This document shows positions 10,897 to 19,503 of a stretch of 64,000 bases of DNA, one piece after another (position 1 is the stretch's first letter; each line of letters begins with the position of its first letter). The DNA comes from an uncultured Candidatus Saccharibacteria bacterium (GTDB taxonomy: Bacteria; Patescibacteriota; Minisyncoccia; UBA6257; 1-14-0-10-44-23): NCBI GenBank assembly GCA_964549935.1, contig CAZJVT010000001.1:27922-91921 (forward strand), written 5' to 3'. The notes under the pieces are model-generated. The model was not told where the DNA came from and made no database searches. It saw nothing but the letters and a program-made list of their open reading frames with translations. Position numbers and translations under genes: made by a program.

Positions 10897-11622
10897 ATGG
10901 CTGATGAAATAAAATATCCTTTCGAGTTACTGCCCGCTGAAATCAAAAAGTGGCTCATCTCCGATGATGCCACTGAATTGGTCAGCAGGATTAACCGCGA
11001 ATGCATGCTTGAAGGAGGAAAAGCTCGTGCTGTGGCAACGCTCATCACGTGGATCGCTATCGACGCAGTCGCGCCGGAAGACACAGCTAATGAATTAATA
11101 GCAAGCTTTGGTTTAGAGCCCGCGCAGGCGCAGATCGTCGCCAAAGAAATACAACAAAAGATTTTTCTGCCTATAAAGCCGCTCATGCGCGCCAAATTAG
11201 GTATAGATATCGAAAAAATAACGACGGGCCCTCTTGCAGCTCCGGTCGCCGGTCCAGCCGCCCAGATCACTAAACTCGCCAAACCATTTGTAGCCGACAT
11301 TCGCAAGCCGGAGCAGGTCGCGAAACCGCAAGCAGCGATGCCACAGGCAAAACCAGTGGCGCCGACAAATACTGCGAAAAAGGGGGAAATCAATACACAA
11401 TTTGGCTTTGTCGAAGTAATGCCGACTCCGCCTCCAGGCTTCAAAGAGGAGTCGCTCGCTCCACCGGCAACCGCGATGCAGACAGCGAAGCCGCCTGCGC
11501 AGCCAGCACAACATCAGGCTGCGCAACCCTCCGTGGCGCAACAAGCTCCCGGACAGCCGGAGCAAGCGCCGAACGATGTCGTGCCATACAAAGACGAGCA
11601 TCCCTTGGACCCGAAGAGTTAG
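10897..11622 (+). CDS. hypothetical protein with Pro/Ala/Gln-rich C-terminus
   Basis: 241-aa ORF. Its stop codon is the first TAG of a TAG-rich array. Confidence 0.4.
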   Translation: MADEIKYPFELLPAEIKKWLISDDATELVSRINRECMLEGGKARAVATLITWIAIDAVAPEDTANELIASFGLEPAQAQIVAKEIQQKIFLPIKPLMRAKLGIDIEKITTGPLAAPVAGPAAQITKLAKPFVADIRKPEQVAKPQAAMPQAKPVAPTNTAKKGEINTQFGFVEVMPTPPPGFKEESLAPPATAMQTAKPPAQPAQHQAAQPSVAQQAPGQPEQAPNDVVPYKDEHPLDPKS

Positions 11623-11651
11623 CTAGTTAGCTGGTCGTTGGTTAGTTAGCC
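11619..11651. repeat. TAG-rich (GTTAGNN)n array; left arm of imperfect inverted repeat flanking the four-helix-bundle gene
   Basis: Sequence ttagctagttagctggtcgttggttagttagcc ends 1 nt before the ATG at 11653. It shares CGTTGGTTAGTT / GTTAGTTAG cores, in inverted orientation, with 12004-12038. Confidence 0.5.
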
Positions 11652-11652
11652 T

Positions 11653-12015
11653 ATGGCTGAAAACTTTAAAAGTCTGAAGATATGGCAGCAGGCGGAGTCT
11701 CTGACTGTTACAGTTTATGAGTTAACGAAGAAGTTTCCAAAAGAAGAAACATTCTCTCTCATTGACCAAACTCGTAGAGCAGCTAATTCGGTCGGTGCCA
11801 ATATTGCTGAGGCCTCTGGCAGATGGGGAACAAAGGACAAAATACAATTCCTTATGTTTGCGCGTGGCTCGATTATGGAAGCACGTAGCCACCTCTCGCT
11901 AGCCCATAGACTAAAATACCTCTCAACAATAGACTATACTAAGTTAGAGGGTGAATACGACCTTTTGGCGCGCAGTCTTAACGCGTTTATCAAAAGCATC
12001 AAGCCAACTAACTAA
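11653..12015 (+). CDS. four-helix-bundle protein (23S rRNA intervening-sequence protein / Avd-like family)
   Basis: 120 aa. WQQAESLTVTVYELTKKFPKEE...ANSVGANIAEASGR...ARGSIMEARSHL matches the family signature from memory. Confidence 0.65.
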   Translation: MAENFKSLKIWQQAESLTVTVYELTKKFPKEETFSLIDQTRRAANSVGANIAEASGRWGTKDKIQFLMFARGSIMEARSHLSLAHRLKYLSTIDYTKLEGEYDLLARSLNAFIKSIKPTN

Positions 12016-12038
12016 CGACGAACTAACCAACGGCTACT
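12004..12038. repeat. TAA/CTAA-rich array; right arm of inverted repeat flanking four-helix-bundle gene
   Basis: Sequence ccaactaactaacgacgaactaaccaacggctact contains the gene's stop and ends at the ATG of the next gene (12039). Confidence 0.5.
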
Positions 12039-12401
12039 ATGCAGTTCCAAGTCCCTCAATTCTTAGATGTCCAAGACACTATCTTTGGCCCGCTTACGCT
12101 TAAGCAGTTTCTTTACTTTGCCGGCGCAGGCGGCTTAAGCTTCATACTTTTTTTTGCGCTACAGACTTGGCTCTGGGCGGCGATAACATTCTTAATGGCT
12201 CTTTTGGCAACCGCGCTTGCATTCGGCAAATTTAATGGCCGCCCGATTATCTATATGCTTCTTTCGGCGCTTAAGTTTGCCTGGCAACCGAAACTTTACC
12301 TGTGGCAGTATTCTTCGCCGGCACAGCAAATGCCGGTCCTGCACGGTAGCGAGCAGATGGAGAGGGGATCGGCGCTCAAAAATTTGCTTGCAAAGCTGTA
12401 A
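12039..12401 (+). CDS. PrgI/VirB3-like small membrane protein
   Basis: VPQFLDVQDTIFGPLTLKQFLYFAGAGGLSFILFF resembles the PrgI-family N-terminus (K.ED.IffGLT.RQ...) followed by two transmembrane helices. Sits directly upstream of VirB4. Confidence 0.5.
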   Translation: MQFQVPQFLDVQDTIFGPLTLKQFLYFAGAGGLSFILFFALQTWLWAAITFLMALLATALAFGKFNGRPIIYMLLSALKFAWQPKLYLWQYSSPAQQMPVLHGSEQMERGSALKNLLAKL

Positions 12402-12419
12402 CAAAAATCGCGCCGGTGA

Positions 12420-13121
12420 GTGCGTGATATACTAAAAGATATGGCGCGTAAAGATGAAGCACTGCCGACGCAGCAATTTGTTGACGTTGACGCTGTCGAA
12501 AACGGCGTGCTTATTCTTCGCGGCGGAAGCCTCCGCCAGCTCATCGCAGTGAGCGGCCTCAACTTTGATCTTAAAACCGAAGACGAGCAAAATGCCATCA
12601 CCTTTGCTTACCAAAACTTCATAAATTCGCTTAATTTCACGCTGCAAATCTTCGTCCATTCGCGCAAAGTAAACATCGACCAATACGTTGAAGGGCTTAA
12701 GGGCGTAGAGGCGGCCGAAACTAATCCGCTCCTCAAAGCGCAGGTAGGCGAGTACCGCGAATTTATTAAGTCTTTTGTCGCAGAAAACGCCATCATGCAC
12801 AAGTCTTTCTACGTCGTCGTGCCTTACGATGTCGTAGAAATCGGCGGACACTCTTCGGCCAATGGGCTCTTCGGATTTTTAAAGAAGAAGGATGCAAACG
12901 CGGAGCTTGCCAAAGCTGAGGAGAGCGAAGACCGAGCGCGGACGATGGGCCAGCTCGCGCAGCGCGTCGACCAGGTAATCTCTGGACTTAGGCAGATCGG
13001 CCTTAAGGCGCTGCCTCTTGGCGACCAGGAGGCGATTGACTTGCTCTACAATCTTTACAACCCGGGGACAGCTGAGCGCAAGGGCCTGGAATTGTCACAA
13101 ACGCCGCAACAACCGCGCTAA
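12420..13121 (+). CDS. VirB4/TrbE/TraC conjugal-transfer ATPase, N-terminal domain (separate ORF, frame 0)
   Basis: QQFVDVDAVENGVLILRGGSLRQLIAVSGLNFDLKTEDEQ...FINSLN...LQIFVHSRKV resembles the VirB4 N-domain (vDDGVvl.kDGSLl..yef.G.Dl.s.tdEE...mLHVDAiRr). Ends with TAA overlapping the next ATG (TAATATG). Confidence 0.55.
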   Translation: MRDILKDMARKDEALPTQQFVDVDAVENGVLILRGGSLRQLIAVSGLNFDLKTEDEQNAITFAYQNFINSLNFTLQIFVHSRKVNIDQYVEGLKGVEAAETNPLLKAQVGEYREFIKSFVAENAIMHKSFYVVVPYDVVEIGGHSSANGLFGFLKKKDANAELAKAEESEDRARTMGQLAQRVDQVISGLRQIGLKALPLGDQEAIDLLYNLYNPGTAERKGLELSQTPQQPR

Positions 13122-13122
13122 T

Positions 13123-14826
13123 ATGAATGATCAGATTAAAAATATCATCGCCCCGGCCGGCGTCGAAATCTCGCAGAACAACATTAAAATTGGCGAGAAG
13201 TTCGCTCGCACGCTCTTCATTTTTACCTACCCTCGCTACCTTTCGACAGGCTGGTTCTCGCCAATTGTAAACTGCCCCGAACTTTTAGATATTAGCATTT
13301 TCATCAACCCGATTGATTCTGCGATGGCACTTAAGCAGCTACGACGAAAGGCGACGCAAATCGAAGCGCAGCTCATCGACAAGCAAGAAAAGGGGATTAT
13401 CCGCGATCCAATCCTAGAAACCGCGCAGCAAGACATCGAATCGCTGCGCGATGGATTGCAACAGGCCCGGGAAAACATCTTTGCAGTCGGCCTTTACATC
13501 ACAATGTACGCCGACTCGCTTGAAAACCTCGAGAAACTTGAGGCGAAGATCACAAACATGCTGGAGACACGCCTCATCTACGCAAAGCCAACGACCTTCC
13601 AGCAAATGGAGGCAATTAACTCTGTCTTCCCGATTGGTCGCGACAAAATCAACGTTACAACCCAGCTCAACTCCGGGCCGGTTTCATCCTTCTTCCCATT
13701 CATCAGCCTGAATATGACCTCAGACAGCGGTATTTTGTATGGTATTAACCGCCACAACAACACGCTCATTATCTTCGACCGCTTCAGCCTGGAGAATGCC
13801 AATATGGTCATCTTCGCTAAATCCGGTTCCGGAAAATCGTATGCCGCAAAACTTGAAGCACTGCGTCTTTTGATGACCGGCACCGACGTCATGATCATCG
13901 ACCCGGAAAACGAGTACGAAAAGCTTTCGACGGCAGTTGGCGGTAGCTACTTTAAAATCAGCCTCGCCTCTGAATATCACATTAATCCTTTTGAAATTCC
14001 GATTATTCCGAAGGACGAGGACCCAGGCGAGGTGCTGCGTAGCCACATTGTCACGCTGACCGGCCTCATCAAATTAATGGTGGGAGAGACTAACCCCGAG
14101 GAGGATACGGTCATCGACCGTGCACTCAATGAAACCTACGCCTCTCGCGAAATCATCCCGGGCAAAGACTTTTCAAATGCTACAGCTCCCGTCCTCAAAG
14201 ACCTGGAGACTGTCTTGCGCAATATGGAAGGTGGCGCCTCGCTCGCCGAGCGCCTGTACCGCTTCACCGAGGGCAGCTTCTCCGGCTTTACCAACAAGCC
14301 GACCAACATCGACCTCCGTAACCGCTTAATCGTCTTCTCAATCCGCGACCTTGAAGAGGAGCTTCGGCCGATTGCGATGTACATCGTGCTAAACTTCATC
14401 TGGAGCCTTATCCGCGGCAACTTTAAAAAGCGAGTCGTGATGATCGATGAGGCCTGGATTCTGATGAAAAACCGCGACAGCGCCACGTTTTTATTCGGCC
14501 TGGTTAAGCGTGCCCGTAAATATTTCCTCGGTATCACTACTATTACCCAGGACGTTGAAGACTTCCTTCTTTCTCCGTACGGTCGCCCGATTTTGACCAA
14601 CTCCAGCCTGCAGCTCTTGCTCAAGCAGGCCCCCGCAATGATGGACACCATCTCAAAGACCTTTAATCTCTCTGAAGGGGAGCGCCAGCTACTCATTGAA
14701 GCGGATGTCGGTCAGGGGCTCTTCTTTGCAGGCGCCAATCACGTTGCCATCCAAATCGTAGCCAGCTACCCGGAAAACCAACTGATTACGACCAACCCCG
14801 AAGAACTTCTTGCACAAGAGAAGTAG
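13123..14826 (+). CDS. VirB4/TrbE/TraC-family conjugal-transfer ATPase, C-terminal ATPase portion (frame +1 relative to the N-domain ORF)
   Basis: FARTLFIFTYPR motif, Walker A FAKSGSGKSYAAK and Walker B-region MIDEAWILMKN...GITTITQDVEDF. Confidence 0.75.
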   Translation: MNDQIKNIIAPAGVEISQNNIKIGEKFARTLFIFTYPRYLSTGWFSPIVNCPELLDISIFINPIDSAMALKQLRRKATQIEAQLIDKQEKGIIRDPILETAQQDIESLRDGLQQARENIFAVGLYITMYADSLENLEKLEAKITNMLETRLIYAKPTTFQQMEAINSVFPIGRDKINVTTQLNSGPVSSFFPFISLNMTSDSGILYGINRHNNTLIIFDRFSLENANMVIFAKSGSGKSYAAKLEALRLLMTGTDVMIIDPENEYEKLSTAVGGSYFKISLASEYHINPFEIPIIPKDEDPGEVLRSHIVTLTGLIKLMVGETNPEEDTVIDRALNETYASREIIPGKDFSNATAPVLKDLETVLRNMEGGASLAERLYRFTEGSFSGFTNKPTNIDLRNRLIVFSIRDLEEELRPIAMYIVLNFIWSLIRGNFKKRVVMIDEAWILMKNRDSATFLFGLVKRARKYFLGITTITQDVEDFLLSPYGRPILTNSSLQLLLKQAPAMMDTISKTFNLSEGERQLLIEADVGQGLFFAGANHVAIQIVASYPENQLITTNPEELLAQEK

Positions 14827-14872
14827 GTTCACTACCAAAAGGCATATTAATAATGCGGTATACTAAGAGGGT

Positions 14873-15583
14873 ATGATTACGGCTCGACGCTTATTAGCCC
14901 TCATCATCCTTAGCAGCACTCTTGCTACGGTCTCTTTCGCTTACGGCGCAGATCTGAGTACAGGGCTTGCAGGAAAAAAACCAGAAAAACAATTCGACCT
15001 TCTAATAACCTGGCGGTCAGAAAGCCAGGTGCCAACCTGGTACCAGGGGAGAGTTTTGCCAACAAAAAACAGCAAAATATATCTTTCCGCTCAAGGACTC
15101 CTGAACGGCAAGAATGTTGATCTGAGCAGTCATACAATAGCCTGGTTTATCGATGGCACCCAGCAAATGAGCGCTGTAGGTAAAACCGCCTTCTCTTTCA
15201 TAGCAGGCAAATATGCTGCCGCCAAATACACGGTGACCGCAAAAGTAGTAGAGAATGCTATCGAAGTCGCCAGCGGAAATACGTTGATACCTATAGCCCC
15301 ACCAAAGCTCGTTATCAATATTCCTTACGCAGACAGGACGCTTCCTCGGAATGACGCAATCCTTGAAGCTCTGATGTACTTTTTTAGTACTATAGATACT
15401 GCCCCTTCAACTTTCGCTTGGTCAATTAACGATATTAAAATGCCGCAATCGCAAATTTTTGGTCCGCTATTAAGCGCCTCTTTCGATGCCGCGGCATTAG
15501 ATGTCCCTGTCGCAGTGCGGATGCAAATAAAGGGCGCCTCAACCGCCTCTTTCGATGCCATTACTCATATCTCCATCAACTAG
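14873..15583 (+). CDS. secreted hypothetical protein
   Basis: Signal peptide LLALIILSSTLATVSFAYGA. 236 aa. Confidence 0.4.
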   Translation: MITARRLLALIILSSTLATVSFAYGADLSTGLAGKKPEKQFDLLITWRSESQVPTWYQGRVLPTKNSKIYLSAQGLLNGKNVDLSSHTIAWFIDGTQQMSAVGKTAFSFIAGKYAAAKYTVTAKVVENAIEVASGNTLIPIAPPKLVINIPYADRTLPRNDAILEALMYFFSTIDTAPSTFAWSINDIKMPQSQIFGPLLSASFDAAALDVPVAVRMQIKGASTASFDAITHISIN

Positions 15584-15584
15584 C

Positions 15585-16526
15585 ATGGGAAAAAGTAAAT
15601 TAAAGTGCTTCCTGGCCCTTGCTATTTTGGCGGTATCCTTTATGCTCCCGCAGCCAGCTGCTTTCGCGCGAGACGAGGCCCTTTTAGATAAAGATTTCAT
15701 AGTTCCGATAGCAGGCATGACAAAAATTGATATTTCTCCTGGTGAATATGTCAAAGCTGTTTATACTTGGGGAATAGGCATCGCGGCCCTTCTGGCTGTG
15801 CTAATGCTAGTGTTTGGAGGTGCGCAATATGTCCTTGCGGCGGGCTCCTTCGCAGAAGACTCAGCGGCTAAAGAGCGGATAAAGTCGGCAATTCTGGGTT
15901 TACTTGTCCTAGTTGGAGCAACGGTTATCCTTTCCGTTGTGAACCCCAACCTAACTGATCTAACATTAAATCCGCCGGATATCCTCACGGAAGGTGATCT
16001 CAAAAACCTTCAGGCAGAGTTTTCTTCTTTAAGCAAAAGTTTTAACACAAAGGATGCTTATGGCGATTACCAAGTTCAGCTCGATGATGAAACTGTCGCC
16101 AGTAGTATCGGCGCAAAACTCGCCGCTTCCGAAAAAGCAGCGAAGGCCGACCCTCTCCTGCAAACCGACCAGTACAATCAAAATATCGCAGAAATCAATA
16201 AATATTTTGACACATATTATAGTGACCCTGCATACGCCCAAAAAATTAAAACGGCGATGACCGCGCTAAGAACCAAGAGCGGCTTCCCGCCACCGACTGA
16301 CCGGGAGGTTTTAGATGAAGTCGCCCGTCGGAAGGCTACTGCGTATAGCAAAGTCACCGATGCGCTCAGCAACCAGGATGTTCCGGCGATTAAGGCCCAA
16401 AAACTGAAGTCTGAGACGGATTGGAATGCTAGAGCAGGCATAAAAGATGAAAAACTCCCGCAGACCCCGCCATCCGGGAATAGCAATGGTAATCATAGTG
16501 ACGGGCAGATGCAAGCTTCATTCTAA
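15585..16526 (+). CDS. candidate VirB2/TrbC-like pilin with long C-terminal extension
   Basis: Signal peptide (MGKSKLKCFLALAILAVSFMLPQPAAFA) followed by two adjacent hydrophobic helices (VYTWGIGIAALLAVLMLVFGG / ILGLLVLVGATVILSVV), the architecture of T4SS pilins. The 313-aa length is atypical. Confidence 0.3.
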   Translation: MGKSKLKCFLALAILAVSFMLPQPAAFARDEALLDKDFIVPIAGMTKIDISPGEYVKAVYTWGIGIAALLAVLMLVFGGAQYVLAAGSFAEDSAAKERIKSAILGLLVLVGATVILSVVNPNLTDLTLNPPDILTEGDLKNLQAEFSSLSKSFNTKDAYGDYQVQLDDETVASSIGAKLAASEKAAKADPLLQTDQYNQNIAEINKYFDTYYSDPAYAQKIKTAMTALRTKSGFPPPTDREVLDEVARRKATAYSKVTDALSNQDVPAIKAQKLKSETDWNARAGIKDEKLPQTPPSGNSNGNHSDGQMQASF

Positions 16527-16531
16527 AAACT

Positions 16532-17677
16532 ATGAATACGAAAAAGGGGTTAAAATTTATAATTCCTATCTCCCTCCTCGTGCTTGTTAGTGGGGGTATC
16601 TGGCTTTGGTACTCCTCGGAGAAAACTGTAAGTCCGCCTCCTGCTGCCGACACTACGGACTCACAAAATCCTTCTGTCTATCTTCCTGACGCGAATACTT
16701 CTGGAGGTACAACGAAGACGGATACTGCTTCTGGCGCAATGCTCCAGCGGGTCTCGGAAGGTTTTGTCGCTTTCTACTGGCTTGACCCGTCTGACCTAAG
16801 CCTATTTACCATTTCAAGCGCCGGGGCCATCACTGAAGCTCCATATCAGGGGACAGAAGAGGTCGTCTATGAAGGGGATGGCAAGCCGTTTGTCTCCGCG
16901 GTACCTTCGGCGAAAGGAGATGAGGTAATTCTAATAACCGGCTCTCCATCAAACCCCACCTTGGCAGTTATCAATGTGATCACGCGCAAACGGACTTTTC
17001 TGCCGTTCACTGCCCGGAGCGCAACCTGGCACCCGAATGGACGCGATATTGTTTTTTTGCGTGACTCTGACGCAAAGAACCCTGCCGGGCTTTACCTTTT
17101 TAATCTTGCGAAAGGCACCTCTTCGCTGCTAGGGGCTCTCTCGCTTGGCGACGTGAAACTATTTACGCAAAATCAAAACTCGATTGCCTTAGTGGAGCCG
17201 CCAAGCCTGCTCGCCCCAAGCTCCGCCTGGAGTTTTGACCTCACTAAGAAAACTCTTTCGCTAATCACTACACCACAGGCTGGTTTTATGGCCAGTTGGA
17301 GTAGTTTTGCTCCTTTTGACGCCCTGGCTTATGTTCCGACGGTAGGCGTTCGTGCTATCAGCGCAAAAGGAACAGCGATAACGCTCACATCCGCAAGCCT
17401 GCCGGACAAGTGCGCCTTCGGTAAATATGAAGCAGCCTATTATTGCGCTGTCATGAGAACCGTCCCAAAAGGCATGCCGGACAGCTACTTACAGAAAGCT
17501 GCCTACTCGATAGACTCACTTGTCGCATTCTCGCGCTCCGGCGAAAGTAAATTACTATGGGACAGCCAGGCGAAAGGTGAGCCTTTTGATGCAACTAATC
17601 TAAAACAAATAGGAGATACTCTTTATTTCATCAATAGATACGACAACAGGCTTTACTCGTTCGGCCCGATCAAGTAA
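16532..17677 (+). CDS. secreted/anchored protein, possible TolB-like beta-propeller
   Basis: N-terminal transmembrane helix plus a WHPNGRDIVFLRDSDAKNPAGLYLF-type repeat. Last gene of the operon, followed by a terminator. Confidence 0.35.
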   Translation: MNTKKGLKFIIPISLLVLVSGGIWLWYSSEKTVSPPPAADTTDSQNPSVYLPDANTSGGTTKTDTASGAMLQRVSEGFVAFYWLDPSDLSLFTISSAGAITEAPYQGTEEVVYEGDGKPFVSAVPSAKGDEVILITGSPSNPTLAVINVITRKRTFLPFTARSATWHPNGRDIVFLRDSDAKNPAGLYLFNLAKGTSSLLGALSLGDVKLFTQNQNSIALVEPPSLLAPSSAWSFDLTKKTLSLITTPQAGFMASWSSFAPFDALAYVPTVGVRAISAKGTAITLTSASLPDKCAFGKYEAAYYCAVMRTVPKGMPDSYLQKAAYSIDSLVAFSRSGESKLLWDSQAKGEPFDATNLKQIGDTLYFINRYDNRLYSFGPIK

Positions 17678-17685
17678 GCAAAACA

Positions 17686-17716
17686 TAAAACCGCCTTCCG
17701 GCGGTTTTATGTTTTT
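17686..17716. terminator. bidirectional rho-independent terminator
   Basis: aaaaccgccTTCCggcggtttt hairpin flanked by A and T runs, between convergent genes. Confidence 0.6.
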
Positions 17717-18146
17717 AAATCGGTTTGATGACGACGCAGCGGTCTTTGCCTTCACCGGCGCTCTCGGTCTTCACGTCTGGGCGCATCGAGAGCTCGGTGT
17801 GCACTAAACGGCGCTCGTAAGCATTCATGGCCGGCAGGCGAACCTCTGCCTTGGTTGCAATGACCTTCTGGGCGGCTGCTCGAGCAATCTCGAGGATCAG
17901 CTTTTCGCGCTCTTTGCGGTAGTTGTTGATGTCGATGACATACATCGGCTCATCAGTCTTACGGGCAAGGATTGAGGAGAGGTACTTCAAGTCCTTCACG
18001 AGGTCGGGGACGAGCTTGGCGAACCACTCGTCTTCGTCGGCGGTTACGCTCATGCGGCGGCCGGCCTCATCAATCTCAACGACGGCGTTGCGGAGGCCGA
18101 GGTAGCCGACTATTTTCTTAAGTTTCTCCGGAAGGGTTTCTGACAT
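17715..18146 (-). CDS. jag: Jag/KhpB RNA-binding protein (KH + R3H)
   Basis: R3H motif LPAMNAYERRLVHTEL. Position downstream of yidC. Confidence 0.7.
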   Translation of the reverse strand: MSETLPEKLKKIVGYLGLRNAVVEIDEAGRRMSVTADEDEWFAKLVPDLVKDLKYLSSILARKTDEPMYVIDINNYRKEREKLILEIARAAAQKVIATKAEVRLPAMNAYERRLVHTELSMRPDVKTESAGEGKDRCVVIKPI

Positions 18147-18147
18147 A

Positions 18148-18852
18148 TTAGGAAGTTGTTTTATTTGCGGCGAACTGCTTGGTAATGCTCATCTGTTGGA
18201 AGATAGAGAAAATCGCGGTTGTCGTCAAGTACAACCCGATAGCCGCAGGCAGCTTGAACTGAAACATCACGTACGCGGTCATCACGGGGGCCAGGTAGGC
18301 CATATACTTCGTACTGGCATTTTGCTTGCCGCCGCGCGAACTCGTCTGCTTCACCATCATGTAGCTCTGGAGAAAGCTAAAAATAACGGTGATTGCGATA
18401 ATCACATAGTTCATTTTAGTAACATCGACGAGGCCAAGGAACATCGGGTTGATGGTCGCTGGGGGAGTGATGAACGAGTAAAGGTCTACAAGCGCCGCTG
18501 CGGTGATGCCTGTTAAGAAAATCCTGTACACCGCGAAAAGGATTGGCAGCTGCGCGAAGTTAAAGAAAATGGAAGAGAACGGGTTTGTCCCGTACTTCTT
18601 ATACATCGCCATCATCATCTCCGCCTGCTTGGCCTTGTCATCTTTATAGTCCTTTTGGATGCGCTGCATCTCCGGCTGCATCTGCTGCATCAACATCTGG
18701 CTCTTGAGTCCTTTATAAAAAATTGGATACAGGATGAAACGAATCGCAAGCGTCAGGGCGATAATTGCGATTCCAAGATCGCCGAAGCTAACATACTTAT
18801 AAGAAAGAACGAGGAGATTAAACAGCGGCTGGGTGATGAGTGTATGGAACAT
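18148..18852 (-). CDS. yidC: membrane protein insertase YidC (short form)
   Basis: 234 aa with five hydrophobic helices, a KGLKSQMLMQQMQPEMQRIQKDYKDD region, and rnpA-yidC-jag synteny. Confidence 0.8.
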   Translation of the reverse strand: MFHTLITQPLFNLLVLSYKYVSFGDLGIAIIALTLAIRFILYPIFYKGLKSQMLMQQMQPEMQRIQKDYKDDKAKQAEMMMAMYKKYGTNPFSSIFFNFAQLPILFAVYRIFLTGITAAALVDLYSFITPPATINPMFLGLVDVTKMNYVIIAITVIFSFLQSYMMVKQTSSRGGKQNASTKYMAYLAPVMTAYVMFQFKLPAAIGLYLTTTAIFSIFQQMSITKQFAANKTTS

Positions 18853-18855
18853 ATA

Positions 18856-19176
18856 TTAGGAGGGGATGCGTAAAAGGGAGCGTAATTCCTCAAGGATACC
18901 ATGAGCGGCTGCGTCGCGCGCAGCCCCTTGAACCGTAATAACAACATCAACTGCAGGTTGGGTTAGAATACGCTGTTTGAGGGCCGTATACAAGAGGCGG
19001 CGTAGCGCGTTGCGCTTGGTGGCAAGCTTGATAGCGGAGGCTCCAATAACGACCGCAAACCGGCTATATGAGTACTTCGCCGGTAAAACTTTGATAGTAA
19101 AATACCGGCCTCGCATCAGCGTGCCCCTTACTCGCAGCACTGACTGAACGTTAAGCCGGTATTTCTTTGCAAGCAT
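18856..19176 (-). CDS. rnpA: RNase P protein component
   Basis: 106 aa basic protein (KKYRL...RNALRR) positioned between rpmH and yidC. Confidence 0.7.
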   Translation of the reverse strand: MLAKKYRLNVQSVLRVRGTLMRGRYFTIKVLPAKYSYSRFAVVIGASAIKLATKRNALRRLLYTALKQRILTQPAVDVVITVQGAARDAAAHGILEELRSLLRIPS

Positions 19177-19191
19177 GTGATAAATCGCAGA

Positions 19192-19326
19192 CTAGACGGT
19201 AAGCTTCTTGCGACCCTTACGGCGGCGAGCCTTGAGAACGCGCTTTCCATAGATCGTACGACTGCGCTTTAAGAAGCCATGGGTTCGTGCGCGCTTCTTC
19301 TTTTTAGGCTGGTAGGTTTTACTCAT
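19192..19326 (-). CDS. rpmH: 50S ribosomal protein L34
   Basis: [44 protein letters not shown]. Start placed at the internal Met of the longer track ORF. Confidence 0.85.
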   Translation of the reverse strand: MSKTYQPKKKKRARTHGFLKRSRTIYGKRVLKARRRKGRKKLTV

Positions 19327-19403
19327 ATATTTGTTTCGTTCTATGGTACAAGAAAAAAAATAAAATTGCAAGGGCTTGTTATAAAAAAACAACTCGACTA
19401 TAG

Positions 19404-19412
19404 TTATGCACA
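19404..19412. promoter_or_regulatory. DnaA-box-like 9-mer TTATGCACA upstream of dnaA
   Basis: Matches TTATNCACA in the AT-rich region between rpmH and dnaA. Confidence 0.4.
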
Positions 19413-19503
19413 CCTCGTCCACAGATTATGCAAGAAAGGGAGTTTGACGGGACCCGCAGTGCAACTAGAATTAAGTTTAAATAAATTCGCTCCTCTATTT
19501 CTT

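Noticed and set aside
11653-12015. Diversity-generating retroelement (the four-helix-bundle protein acting as Avd)
   Set aside because: No reverse transcriptase gene and no recognisable template/variable repeat pair anywhere in the window.
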